From positions 1 through 64,000 of IMG/VR virus record IMGVR_UViG_3300021431_000102: a DNA stretch of 64,000 nt; one strand, given 5' to 3'. The translations under genes and the position numbers were made by a program. A model generated the notes under the pieces. The model ran no database searches. It was not told where the DNA came from and saw only the letters and a program-made list of their open reading frames with translations. The stretch comes from a virus (taxonomy: Duplodnaviria > Caudoviricetes). Below, piece by piece: positions 35,134 to 45,267 of this stretch (the stretch's first letter is position 1; each line of letters opens with the position of its first letter).

Positions 35134-35715
35134 TTAACCAATTGTTACAGTAGTACCATATGTGTTAGCAGTTTCCGTATAAGGAATTGCATTAACAATT
35201 ACCTGAGACAGATAGTTATATCCTGTTTCAGGAGTAACTGTCTGCTGAGCGACAGTTGGTGTTACAGTTCTAGACTGAGCAACTACGCCCTCTTCTCCAG
35301 ACATAGTACCAGTAACGCCCAACACAACAACCCCCTGTCGAATATTCTCTGGAATCAATTTTGACTGGTCGGTTGCGCTAATAGAAACCTTGCCCGAACC
35401 ATCATGATATCCAAGAGGAATTGTATATTCACCATCTACTGTTGTAATAGAACCAGTTACAGCACCATTATTAGGCATTGTACCTGTTCTTTTTGTTCCA
35501 TTTACATAGGCAGTTTTATTAAGTAAAATTTCACTTGCCTGTGCGTTTGCATCACTAGTGTCTGAATCATATGTACAAGTACCTGTAATAATAGCGCCAG
35601 ACTTGTCATGAGCAGTAATATCTTTTAATAGGTGACTAGCATCTACTGTATCAGCAGTAAGGTCAATCAGCGTCCTACCGCCAAATATAATTTTATTATA
35701 AAGTGTATCAGCCAT
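35134..35715 (-). CDS. virion fibre-associated protein
   Basis: NKIIFGGRTLIDLTADTV, DANA..ILLNKTAYVNG, IPxGYHDGSG motifs. Confidence 0.65.
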   Translation of the reverse strand: MADTLYNKIIFGGRTLIDLTADTVDASHLLKDITAHDKSGAIITGTCTYDSDTSDANAQASEILLNKTAYVNGTKRTGTMPNNGAVTGSITTVDGEYTIPLGYHDGSGKVSISATDQSKLIPENIRQGVVVLGVTGTMSGEEGVVAQSRTVTPTVAQQTVTPETGYNYLSQVIVNAIPYTETANTYGTTVTIG

Positions 35716-35716
35716 T

Positions 35717-38059
35717 TTAATCTCCCTTTCTATAATTTGCTGCAGTATTAAATACTGAACTTATGTCTGGTTGTTCTACCCAGACACCATTGATTTTTTT
35801 ATATGCCTTAGAATAGGCTACCCATGAACCGTTTTCCTTGACATATAATTGAATAGTAGCTCCTCCAATTATTACATTTAATGTATGAGCTGCTTGAATA
35901 TTTATTAATTTATATAAATAACTTACTACTGGATTGCCAGATTTATCTGTCCCTTCTTTTTTCTCAAGTTCGCTGGTTTTATTAACACCATTATCAGTAA
36001 TGTTAACTACATCACTAACATTATTTGGAACAATGTTTATTTTATATTCATCTCCAGCAAGTTTTACTTGTTGACCATCTGGGAATATTCTTCCGCCTGA
36101 ACCAACAGATGAAGTTATGTAATAAAAAGTAACATCACCAAAAACAAATATTAAACTGTGTTTTTGATTTATATTAGTTAAAGTATATGTATAGTCACTG
36201 CTACCTGAAGTAGGTTGAATACTTGACACTTTCCATTGTAAATTATCATTTCCACTGGCACCACTATCATCTTTACCATATTTAATATCAATATAATGGC
36301 TACCTGTTGGTACAGTATAAGTAATAGTTTGTGCAGATGCGCTATTAGAACACATAGCCAATTGATAATTACTAGTACTATCACTAGGTGAACTGCTACC
36401 ACTACTTGCAGTGAGTCCATCTGTTGCTACAGTTGTATCTAACTTACCAAATAAACCATAGTCATAATTCGCCTCTGCATAATTTATATATTCAATAGTG
36501 ACTAAACATTCGGTTGTAGCTGTTAAGTTTAATCTTGCTACAGAAGCCGATTTATTAACACCTGTATTTGTAGATACATAATATCCAGTTGAATCATTTA
36601 ATTCAAATCCATAACTAGCCCCAGAAACTTTTTCGGTAATCGTATAAGTAGCTCCAGCGCCACCTTGTAACTGACTTGTAATATCTACGCCATTATCTAA
36701 TGCCAAGGTTAATTTTGGCTCAGTTGGTGAAATAGTTACGGTTTGAGTAGTTCCTGCTTCTACTCTTTCTGTACCATTTGCAGGGTCAGTCGCAGCATTA
36801 ATACTAGATACAGTTAAAGAATAATATGTTTTAGTTGGGTCTTCCTCAGGTGGGATATATGGAGTTTCTGCTCCAATAGTAACTTCTAATACAGTATTAT
36901 TTACAACAGTAAAGGTATATGTATAATGGTCTACACCCGTTCCTGTTGAATATGTTACTTCAAAAGAAATACCTAATACCAAACCACCATAATATCCAAC
37001 ATAATGCCTTAAAGTAATATTATCTAACTCACTTCTGGTCGGCAAGTCTGTTGGAGTAAGAGTAATCATACTATTACTTGTTGATGGAAAATCTACTTCT
37101 TCACTTATGGCTGTACTTCCTTGATAAAGAACACATTGTGAAACATAAGTAGAACTTATAGTAGCACTTTCTCTATGACCATATGCCCTAACTTCAACAT
37201 TTTCTATAGTAGCGTTGCTAGGTATATCACTAAAATCAAATGAATATGCAGCATAACCAGTTGAACTTTGTGATGCATACATATTATTTGAGCTAGAATA
37301 TGGGTCTTCTGCTGTATGACCTACAGCATATTGAGCATAGCTACTACCACTTTGAATGCCACTGGTTGTAACATTGTTTGCAGTTAAGGTTACAGTATTT
37401 CCTGTACCATGAGCAACTAATTCACTTGAAACATCTACTCCATCCTGAGTAATTAAAACTTCATCACTCTTATTTGTAGGAGTTATTGTTAAAGTGAATT
37501 CTTCATCTTTATAAGTATTTACTGTCCCTGAAGGAGAAATTGTACCATCGCCAGAAACTAATACTGATGTAACAGTCCTTGGGTCTGGCATAGTATAGTT
37601 TACTTCAATCTCTGCGCCATAAATATAGAAGTATGCTGCAGTATTTCTTGAACTTCTTCTACAGTTAATTCTAATACCAAAGTTAGAACCATAACTTACT
37701 AAGTCTTCCCAAGAAGCACTACAAGTAAAGGTATGAGTTGTAACTGTAGTACTTAATGAATCAGCATTACCTACAGAAGTAGATGTACCATCATATAGGT
37801 ACATATTTTGAGAGTAACCACCTTGGTAGTTACCTTTTAATTTAATAGTAAAAGAACTTACAATAGCATTAGAAGGAACATCACTAAAGTTAAATCCTCT
37901 CAAATAAATATAATAAGAAGTTGTTGAAGTTCTAGAGTTATAAATTTGGGAATGAGTAGTACTATCTGTATCATCATACATATTCTCTGCATTTGTTACT
38001 TGCAAATATTGTGTACTTGTAGAATAATATGTACTAGGAGTTAATCTTATTGTTGGCAT
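35717..38059 (-). CDS. large adhesin/receptor-binding-like protein, Ser/Thr-rich, Ig-like repeats
   Basis: Duplicated FxFSDVPSNAI module; C-terminal YVKENGSW..YKKINGVW. Confidence 0.6.
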   Translation of the reverse strand: MPTIRLTPSTYYSTSTQYLQVTNAENMYDDTDSTTHSQIYNSRTSTTSYYIYLRGFNFSDVPSNAIVSSFTIKLKGNYQGGYSQNMYLYDGTSTSVGNADSLSTTVTTHTFTCSASWEDLVSYGSNFGIRINCRRSSRNTAAYFYIYGAEIEVNYTMPDPRTVTSVLVSGDGTISPSGTVNTYKDEEFTLTITPTNKSDEVLITQDGVDVSSELVAHGTGNTVTLTANNVTTSGIQSGSSYAQYAVGHTAEDPYSSSNNMYASQSSTGYAAYSFDFSDIPSNATIENVEVRAYGHRESATISSTYVSQCVLYQGSTAISEEVDFPSTSNSMITLTPTDLPTRSELDNITLRHYVGYYGGLVLGISFEVTYSTGTGVDHYTYTFTVVNNTVLEVTIGAETPYIPPEEDPTKTYYSLTVSSINAATDPANGTERVEAGTTQTVTISPTEPKLTLALDNGVDITSQLQGGAGATYTITEKVSGASYGFELNDSTGYYVSTNTGVNKSASVARLNLTATTECLVTIEYINYAEANYDYGLFGKLDTTVATDGLTASSGSSSPSDSTSNYQLAMCSNSASAQTITYTVPTGSHYIDIKYGKDDSGASGNDNLQWKVSSIQPTSGSSDYTYTLTNINQKHSLIFVFGDVTFYYITSSVGSGGRIFPDGQQVKLAGDEYKINIVPNNVSDVVNITDNGVNKTSELEKKEGTDKSGNPVVSYLYKLINIQAAHTLNVIIGGATIQLYVKENGSWVAYSKAYKKINGVWVEQPDISSVFNTAANYRKGD

Positions 38060-38071
38060 TAGTTACCACCT

Positions 38072-38971
38072 CTAACTTTGCAGATATATGTCCCCATCAT
38101 TCCCTAAAGAACTAGATGGTGCACTTGAACCAGTATAATACTTATTTATAATTAAAGTTCCTTCAACTTCTCTACCGTTAACATAAGCGGTTTCACCACT
38201 AACAATGTCTTCGGCTGTAGCAGTAGCATCACTAGTAAACGTACCTGCTACATTAAAAATATTTACACCAGCTTTAATATTACTGGCTACCAAATCAGCA
38301 TCACCTGCTATGGTTTGTGTCCCTGTTAAATAGGTTCCAGATGCTATTGTCTGATTACTAGTTGATGGAGTAATCGTAGCAGCCGCTTTTGTAGTTACGT
38401 TTGCAGTTAACGAGACTGATGAATTACCAGCCGTACCTGAACTAACATACCCTGCAGAAACTACAGGTGTTACAGAAACAGATTTCGTTAACGTTAAAGT
38501 ATTCGTGCCTGTTGATACAGAAGCAGCTGTACCACTTATTGATGATGGGGCTGTAGCAGAACCAGACCGCACAGCCTTACTTCCCTGCGAGGCATAATAC
38601 CCTGCAGGGACGGTTACTGTGGCTCCTGATGCTGTTAAATCAGAACTAGTTCTTCGTGTTATTCCACTACCGACATAGGTCGAACTAACGGCTTCTACAG
38701 TTACTTGAGATAAACCATCATAATTAGCATCGGGTTTAATAACCTGTTGAGACTCAGATGGTGTAGCAGTTTTAGCTTGTAATTCTGGGGCGTCGCCTGA
38801 TACCTGAACATTAACAGATGCATATTGAGATACATCTTTAGTACCATTTGTCGTTATGGATAATGTACCTTCAGGCTTATAATAAGTCTGAACTACTCCA
38901 CTTGTATTTGTTACTTTAATACCCGTAACATCAAGATAGGTAGAACCAAATATAGTTAAATCTTCTGGCAT
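38072..38971 (-). CDS. tail fibre stem protein
   Basis: VPAGYY, SAGYVSSGTAG, IASGTYLTGTQTI modules; C-terminal GNDGDIYLQS. Confidence 0.65.
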   Translation of the reverse strand: MPEDLTIFGSTYLDVTGIKVTNTSGVVQTYYKPEGTLSITTNGTKDVSQYASVNVQVSGDAPELQAKTATPSESQQVIKPDANYDGLSQVTVEAVSSTYVGSGITRRTSSDLTASGATVTVPAGYYASQGSKAVRSGSATAPSSISGTAASVSTGTNTLTLTKSVSVTPVVSAGYVSSGTAGNSSVSLTANVTTKAAATITPSTSNQTIASGTYLTGTQTIAGDADLVASNIKAGVNIFNVAGTFTSDATATAEDIVSGETAYVNGREVEGTLIINKYYTGSSAPSSSLGNDGDIYLQS

Positions 38972-39094
38972 ATTACATCACCCCATTCCTTATACCATTT
39001 CTCAACTTTTTCTTCAAACTCTTTTAATGTTTGATTCATAGGGAAATCTTCATTAGTATGAAGCATAATATATAATAATTCTTTTTCATTCATA

Positions 39095-40078
39095 CTAATA
39101 AGCCTCCATGACATGTTTAATCCAATTATCAAAAGTAATACTTTCCATTAATAGTCCTTCTTGGAAGAACCTATTTTTAATACCCATGATAATCTGAGCT
39201 TTTTGTTGTTGGTCAATGGTTTCAAAATATTCTTTAAATGTTATATAATATTGTTTGAATCTTCTTTCTGTCGCTTCCCTGTATTGTTTGTTCTCTTGAT
39301 TAATCCATTCATCTTTATTCATAGTAAAATAAGCGTCATAAATCATAGAAGTAACATAAAACTGAGCATCAATAAATCTTCTTCTTTTAATAAATTCCTT
39401 TACTAACTCAGTATTACTTTCAATCATATTGTTATATGTTTTTAAGATATACTTTGGGTCATGCCTACAGACAGAATCGTCACGCCATCTCCATAAATAA
39501 AAAGGCGTAGGACAAAGTTTAGCATTAGGCGTCATCCTTTGTGCCAAACAATTAAAGAAACTATCCTCATGAATAGTTAGTTTTGGATTAAATCGTATAT
39601 TATTATCTAAAAGATATTTTCTACGATAAAATTTCCCATGGACAAATGTACTATCAATTTCATGTGGAACATAAAGAACTTCTTTAGTTAATGGGTTTCT
39701 AGTTTCCTCAACAAATGAAGAAACTAGAGCGTCAAAACCACCATTAACATCTATTTCATGAAATACAATATACAATCCACATGCATTGAAAAACATATCA
39801 TCTGCATCGCAGAACATTACATAGTCTGCCGTCGCATGGTCTAAACAGGCATTTCTCGTTGCCGAAACACCTTCGTGTTTATTTTTATAATACTCTATTT
39901 TAAAAGTATAACTATTAATTAATTTGTCAGATAAATATACATCTGAACCATCATTTACAATAATGACACCTACGTCATTTTTTAAATCTACATTTTGTTG
40001 AATCTCAATACTATCTAATAGAGGTTTAATTACCTCGTCAGTTTCTTTATATTGAGGAATCAATATCTGTAACTTCAT
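39095..40078 (-). CDS. glycosyltransferase family 2 (GT-A)
   Basis: ILIPQYKE, IIVNDGS, GVSATRNACL, FCDADD (DxD). Confidence 0.9.
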   Translation of the reverse strand: MKLQILIPQYKETDEVIKPLLDSIEIQQNVDLKNDVGVIIVNDGSDVYLSDKLINSYTFKIEYYKNKHEGVSATRNACLDHATADYVMFCDADDMFFNACGLYIVFHEIDVNGGFDALVSSFVEETRNPLTKEVLYVPHEIDSTFVHGKFYRRKYLLDNNIRFNPKLTIHEDSFFNCLAQRMTPNAKLCPTPFYLWRWRDDSVCRHDPKYILKTYNNMIESNTELVKEFIKRRRFIDAQFYVTSMIYDAYFTMNKDEWINQENKQYREATERRFKQYYITFKEYFETIDQQQKAQIIMGIKNRFFQEGLLMESITFDNWIKHVMEAY

Positions 40079-40094
40079 AATAACACTCCTTCTA

Positions 40095-43055
40095 CTAAGA
40101 ATTTAATATTGCTGAGACCTCTGCCTCAGTTAATGATACAAAACGGGAAGAATATGTATTCCAAGGCCATTGAGTAATATATGCATTATATAAAGAAACT
40201 GGAACAAATATTGAACCATATACACCACCCGTTGAAGTTGTATAATTTGATATTGGAGTTGAATAAAAAGCATTCGTTCCTTGCAATGAACAATAACTAC
40301 TACCAAGTAAATAAAGAGATAATAGATTATAACAACCAGAAAAGGCAGCATTACCTATATTCGTACAAGCTGGCAAAATTACTGTAGTTAACGACCAACA
40401 ACTACGAAATGCGCTAGAACCAACAATTGTACAAGATGGTAAGTTTATTGAGGTTAACATAGAACAATTCAAAAAAGCATTGTTATTTATGCTTGTACAA
40501 TTTGAGATATTTACTGAGGATAATTTATAACAACCCTGAAAAGCATTTCCCCCAACATATGTACAATTTGGAAAGCTTATTGATTCTAGTTGAGAACAAC
40601 TATAAAATGCATAAGAACCAATACTTGTACAATTTGGAAAATTTACTGTAGCTAAACTAGAACAGTTTGAAAATAGACCAGAACCTATACTCGTACAAAT
40701 TGGAAAACTTACTATAGATAATTTATAACAATTCGTAAAAGCACCATTACCAACAGTTGTACAATTTGAGAGGTTTATTGAAATCAATGCAGAACAACTA
40801 AGAAACGCATAGCTACCAATACTTACACAATTAGGGATATTTACTGAAGATAATTGAGAACAACCCCAAAACGCACTATTACCTATACTTGTACAGGCTG
40901 GAAAACTTGCTATAGATAATTTAGAACACATATTAAAAGCTCCAGTACCAATATTCGTGCAAGATGGGAAATTTACTGAGGGTAATATAAATTCTGTATC
41001 AAACGCAGAACTACCAATACTTACACAATTAGGAAAATCCACAGTCTTTAGCGTTCTGCAATCAGAAAATGCATAAGGATATATTTGTGTAACATTTTGC
41101 CCGCTAATATATGTTATCCCAAAGTTTTTACAAAATGCTGAGCTCCCAATAGTAGAAGCATTTGGCACATATAAAGAGAAAGACCCTATCGTTCCAACGT
41201 TATAAAGAAATGCTCTTCCAAAAGCTCCAGCACCAACAGTATTTGCGTTTGTAAAGGTAAATGTCCCACTGAAATCCCTTCCTTCAAATTGTCGTGTATT
41301 TATTGTTGAAAAACTATTACACCATTCGCTTACACCCTCAGTTGTATCAGATAAGGCATTATTAGCAAGCGCCTTATACACCTCATAATATTCATTTTTT
41401 ACATTAACATCAGCTAAATCGTAATTTCTTACATCATATTTACCATTTTGTGTAATATTTATAAGTGCATCTGTCTGAGAAGTCGTAATTCTGATTATGT
41501 CTGTATCTTCACCAGATTCATGCTCATGAAATATATTTATGGTTAAATCGGTGCACGGAGGAATTGTATATGTATACCCACCTTTTCCAGAAACTCTAAC
41601 ATTATCAATATATATACTTCCATAATTGGTAGTATCAGAAACATGTATATATAATTCCTGACCTCCTTCTATCTCAAATTTATCACCATTTGCGCTATAT
41701 TGAGTTCCTGTTGAACTAGGATACCGAACATAATTATACAGTCCTCCGCCAGTACCAGTTATAGTAGCATAATACTTTTTACTTGTGTCAATGTTTACTG
41801 TAGCACTAGCATACTGAGTAACATCTACAGTAGTATTATTCTCAGTGATTGTAGTAGTTCCAGAAGGGATAATATACTCAGATGGAATTGGGTTAATGGT
41901 CTGAGTTCCTGTCAAATACGTACCGCTTGCAATAGTTTGAGTGGTTGTGGATGGAGTATATGTTGTAGCGCCTTTAGTAGTTAACTGTTGTGTTTTACTT
42001 CCTGATACACTAACTGTACCAGCAGTTCCACTTGACACATAACCAGCACTAACTGTTGGTGTTATGTTTTGAGAAGCAGATGTTGTTGCTGTAATTAAAC
42101 CACTGCTATTTACACTAATAGTAGGATTAGCAGTGATTGTTGTTGATGGTGTTGTAGCCGAACCATTAGGAGTAGCACTGATAGTATATCTCCGTGCAGA
42201 TGAATTATAACCTGTAGGGATATTAATATACTGAGTAGAAGTACTTCTACCAATAGTAGCTTTATTTGTACCTGAACCCGTAGTTGAAGCGGATGTAGGT
42301 AACGTCATCGATGCTACACTCTTACTAGCAGCACTAGAGTAATATCCAGCAGGAGCAGTAACAGTAGCGCCAGATACGGTTAAGTCTGAGCTTGATTTAG
42401 TAGCAATTGTACCTGTTTGACGACCAGTTGAATTATAAAAAGATTTACCACTTAAAACATCTGACGGAGTTGCGGTTGAGTCTACTGTTTGATAATATTT
42501 AGTATAAAAACTTGGTTCAACACCTTCCGCAGACCACTTATATTGATAAGAGTCAACGTTCGACCCTACTATGTTTACAATATACATAAAAGCATCATAC
42601 TCTTCATTATAAGCAATATTAGTAATGTATTCGATGCCAGCATATGACATAATATTTTTACCTGCAACATACGCTGCTTTCGCTTCTTCAAAAGTACAAT
42701 CAGGCTCCCACTCATCATTTGAATTCTTTGTGAGAGTTACTATAAAATCTGGGGATGGTACATTAACAGTAACAGGATTATAAGCATTTCCTGTGGCTGC
42801 TCTATAAGTACCATTTTCAGTAACAGATAATGGATTAACAGCAATCTGATTACCTTCATCATCATCTAATATAACAAAACCTTCTTGGTCTTGGGTTACA
42901 CTCTCCATGCCAGTGTTTTGTTTAGCAATACCATCAATCCACACACCATCTTTACCATAAGCACCATATCCTTGTAATATGGTATTAGAAGTAGCAGTAG
43001 TGCCTGTGAGGTCTATTAAAGTAGTTTCCCCATATTTAACTTTGTTGATTGCCAT
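40095..43055 (-). CDS. fibre/receptor-binding protein with BspA-type leucine-rich repeats
   Basis: About 11 tandem 22-aa units FPxCTxIGxxAFxxCxxLxxVN at ~40312-41037; N-terminal fibre modules shared with 38072-38971. Confidence 0.85.
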   Translation of the reverse strand: MAINKVKYGETTLIDLTGTTATSNTILQGYGAYGKDGVWIDGIAKQNTGMESVTQDQEGFVILDDDEGNQIAVNPLSVTENGTYRAATGNAYNPVTVNVPSPDFIVTLTKNSNDEWEPDCTFEEAKAAYVAGKNIMSYAGIEYITNIAYNEEYDAFMYIVNIVGSNVDSYQYKWSAEGVEPSFYTKYYQTVDSTATPSDVLSGKSFYNSTGRQTGTIATKSSSDLTVSGATVTAPAGYYSSAASKSVASMTLPTSASTTGSGTNKATIGRSTSTQYINIPTGYNSSARRYTISATPNGSATTPSTTITANPTISVNSSGLITATTSASQNITPTVSAGYVSSGTAGTVSVSGSKTQQLTTKGATTYTPSTTTQTIASGTYLTGTQTINPIPSEYIIPSGTTTITENNTTVDVTQYASATVNIDTSKKYYATITGTGGGLYNYVRYPSSTGTQYSANGDKFEIEGGQELYIHVSDTTNYGSIYIDNVRVSGKGGYTYTIPPCTDLTINIFHEHESGEDTDIIRITTSQTDALINITQNGKYDVRNYDLADVNVKNEYYEVYKALANNALSDTTEGVSEWCNSFSTINTRQFEGRDFSGTFTFTNANTVGAGAFGRAFLYNVGTIGSFSLYVPNASTIGSSAFCKNFGITYISGQNVTQIYPYAFSDCRTLKTVDFPNCVSIGSSAFDTEFILPSVNFPSCTNIGTGAFNMCSKLSIASFPACTSIGNSAFWGCSQLSSVNIPNCVSIGSYAFLSCSALISINLSNCTTVGNGAFTNCYKLSIVSFPICTSIGSGLFSNCSSLATVNFPNCTSIGSYAFYSCSQLESISFPNCTYVGGNAFQGCYKLSSVNISNCTSINNNAFLNCSMLTSINLPSCTIVGSSAFRSCWSLTTVILPACTNIGNAAFSGCYNLLSLYLLGSSYCSLQGTNAFYSTPISNYTTSTGGVYGSIFVPVSLYNAYITQWPWNTYSSRFVSLTEAEVSAILNS

Positions 43056-43058
43056 AAA

Positions 43059-43379
43059 CTACACACCTCCAGTCGCAATATAAACGGTATAACCGCCTGA
43101 TAAATTGCTGGTTTCCCATTTTGGAACCTCTTTAACAACAATATTTTCTGTACAAAGTTTTTGTTTGGTTTCTAATGTTTGAGATTCATATGCCAAAGGA
43201 GTAATAATATAATCCCCTTCATATTTATCTACGTCAGTTATTTCTGCTATAACAGCTGTATCTAAAGTTAAAACAAATTCATTTACAGTTTTATCTACAG
43301 CCAATTCATAAACGTTACTATTCTCAAGAACATCCATTTGAACAACAATTGGTATTTGAATAATATCCCCGTTGTTCAT
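43059..43379 (-). CDS. virion-associated hypothetical protein
   Basis: YEGDYIITP..QTLETKQK..VVKEVP motif. Confidence 0.6.
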   Translation of the reverse strand: MNNGDIIQIPIVVQMDVLENSNVYELAVDKTVNEFVLTLDTAVIAEITDVDKYEGDYIITPLAYESQTLETKQKLCTENIVVKEVPKWETSNLSGGYTVYIATGGV

Positions 43380-43383
43380 ATTT

Positions 43384-43692
43384 TTACTCTAAAACCTTTC
43401 CTATTAAATTAATGCCTACATCAGTACTAACAATATTACTGCAAGCTCTGGAACCGTCCTCATATGTCCAGTTTAATTGTATGTTCAATGTACTGTTACC
43501 ATTAAATCTTAGAGATTCTGCTTGAGTTAAGTAAACGTCTACTTCAAGTGGGGAGACCGTAAGGTCATCCCCACTCTTAATTATTTTAATATTACCTTGA
43601 CTAAAACTAACATATACATTGGCAGCTTTAGTTAAATCAACAGAGGCATCTTTTAATTTTAATATAAAAGTAGGAGTAGTACCTCTTATCAT
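43384..43692 (-). CDS. BppU-like/baseplate accessory protein
   Basis: MIRGTTPT..SFSQ..LTQAESLRF..QLNW..ACSNI pattern. Confidence 0.55.
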   Translation of the reverse strand: MIRGTTPTFILKLKDASVDLTKAANVYVSFSQGNIKIIKSGDDLTVSPLEVDVYLTQAESLRFNGNSTLNIQLNWTYEDGSRACSNIVSTDVGINLIGKVLE

Positions 43693-43703
43693 AATTATCC
43701 CTC

Positions 43704-44015
43704 CTAACCTTGGATTTCTTCTTCTTCTAATTTTTTAGATTCTTTTAATTCCTTAGATAATTGATTAGCTGTAATAACACTCTTAACAGTTGAATAAGCT
43801 CCAATACCAGTGAAGCCACTAGCTAATCCTCCCAAGAAAATATCATAATTCATAATGAAACCATTATCCCAAGCATTAAATAAAACACCTAAGGCAATGG
43901 CAATTGCAGGGACAAATCTATTTTTTAAGATTTCATCTTGGAAAAACATTCCTTTAATGACTTCTGTACAAATCATTACACCTGCAGCAATTTTAATAAT
44001 AGCAAATTCTTCCAT
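43704..44015 (-). CDS. holin
   Basis: 2-3 TM segments, NRFVPAIAIALG..GGLASG, charged C-terminus, next to the lysin. Confidence 0.75.
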   Translation of the reverse strand: MEEFAIIKIAAGVMICTEVIKGMFFQDEILKNRFVPAIAIALGVLFNAWDNGFIMNYDIFLGGLASGFTGIGAYSTVKSVITANQLSKELKESKKLEEEEIQG

Positions 44016-44017
44016 AA

Positions 44018-45256
44018 TTATTTACCCTCCGCAATCTCTATTATCTTTGCTAATTTAGCATTAGCATCTATTAAATCAGCCTGTACTTCAGCTAATTCTT
44101 TTTCTAACTGTGAACACTTATCTTTACAGCTAGAAAGTTCTACTTTAAGAGAATCATTTTCATCAACTAATACTTTATTCTTTTTAGTCAACTCTTCATT
44201 TTTCTTTTTCTCTTCGTTGTATAATTTTTCAAAATCCTTTTCAACAGGTGGTAAATCTTCACCTGCCATTACTGCTACCCAGAATTCATTCTCATCAATA
44301 ACAGCAATTAATGCCCAGTCATAACCATCAGCGGCTTGCCATTTAAGAACATTATAGATACCCTTCTTACAAAGTTTATCATATTCTTCTCCCTGTAAAG
44401 AAGGCTGTACTCTTAACTTTCTAGTGTCAGACTTAATCTCACACTGATAGACATTTTCATCTCTTGCTACTGGCTCAGGATATTTAATTTCTTTCTTAGG
44501 TAAATATTCCCCATCCATAATAGCAACCCAAAATTTATTGCCATCAATTTCAGCAATTAAACCCCAAGTATAATCATCTTTGACTGTCATATTAAGAACA
44601 TTATAAATGCCCTTTTTACAATAATCATCATAAATATTATTGCTCTTAATTTCTGGAGTGCTTCTTAAACGTCTCGTGTCAGATTTGATTTCAACTTGAT
44701 TAATCTTTTCATTTCTCTTAACAGGTTCTGGATATTTAATCATTTTTAATTCCTTCTTCCATGCAGTATATGCAATATAATTATAATTAAACTCTTTACT
44801 CCAATATAAATATGGATATGGGTCAATAGAATTAGCCAACATAGTGTTCCAAGTATAAGGGACTCTTTGTTCTACTTCTTTAGTTAAATAAATATGAAGA
44901 TGAACCCCATTACTATTGCCTGTATTGCCACGTCTAGCATTGCCCATCTGATGACCAAGAGTTACTTTGTCGCCTACTTTTACAGTAGGGAAAGCGTCAA
45001 GGTGAATATATCCCGTCCAACGTTTAGTATTATCACTATTATAATAATGCTCAACGACAATATAGTTGCCAACTTCAGAACCATACCCTCTGGCGACAAC
45101 TACACCATCTTGCCAAGCAAGAACTGGACAGTACATCCAGTTTGATTCTGACCATCCAATATCAAGCCCTTTATGTGATGGCCAATTAAAAACTTTTGTG
45201 ATGCCAGCAGCATCAGTTAAAGGGACAACCCCTACATTTTTTCCATAAAATGCCAT
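44018..45256 (-). CDS. endolysin: M23 peptidase + two SH3-like repeats + coiled coil
   Basis: HKGLD, GNYIVVEH, GNTGNSNGVHLH; duplicated KYPEPV.R..Q.EIKSDTR.LR..KKGIYNVL..FWVA. Confidence 0.85.
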   Translation of the reverse strand: MAFYGKNVGVVPLTDAAGITKVFNWPSHKGLDIGWSESNWMYCPVLAWQDGVVVARGYGSEVGNYIVVEHYYNSDNTKRWTGYIHLDAFPTVKVGDKVTLGHQMGNARRGNTGNSNGVHLHIYLTKEVEQRVPYTWNTMLANSIDPYPYLYWSKEFNYNYIAYTAWKKELKMIKYPEPVKRNEKINQVEIKSDTRRLRSTPEIKSNNIYDDYCKKGIYNVLNMTVKDDYTWGLIAEIDGNKFWVAIMDGEYLPKKEIKYPEPVARDENVYQCEIKSDTRKLRVQPSLQGEEYDKLCKKGIYNVLKWQAADGYDWALIAVIDENEFWVAVMAGEDLPPVEKDFEKLYNEEKKKNEELTKKNKVLVDENDSLKVELSSCKDKCSQLEKELAEVQADLIDANAKLAKIIEIAEGK

Positions 45257-45267
45257 ATAATCACTCC

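Noticed and set aside
40095-41170. DGR variable region in the LRR fibre
   Set aside because: No second near-identical copy differing only at adenines, and no RT in this window.
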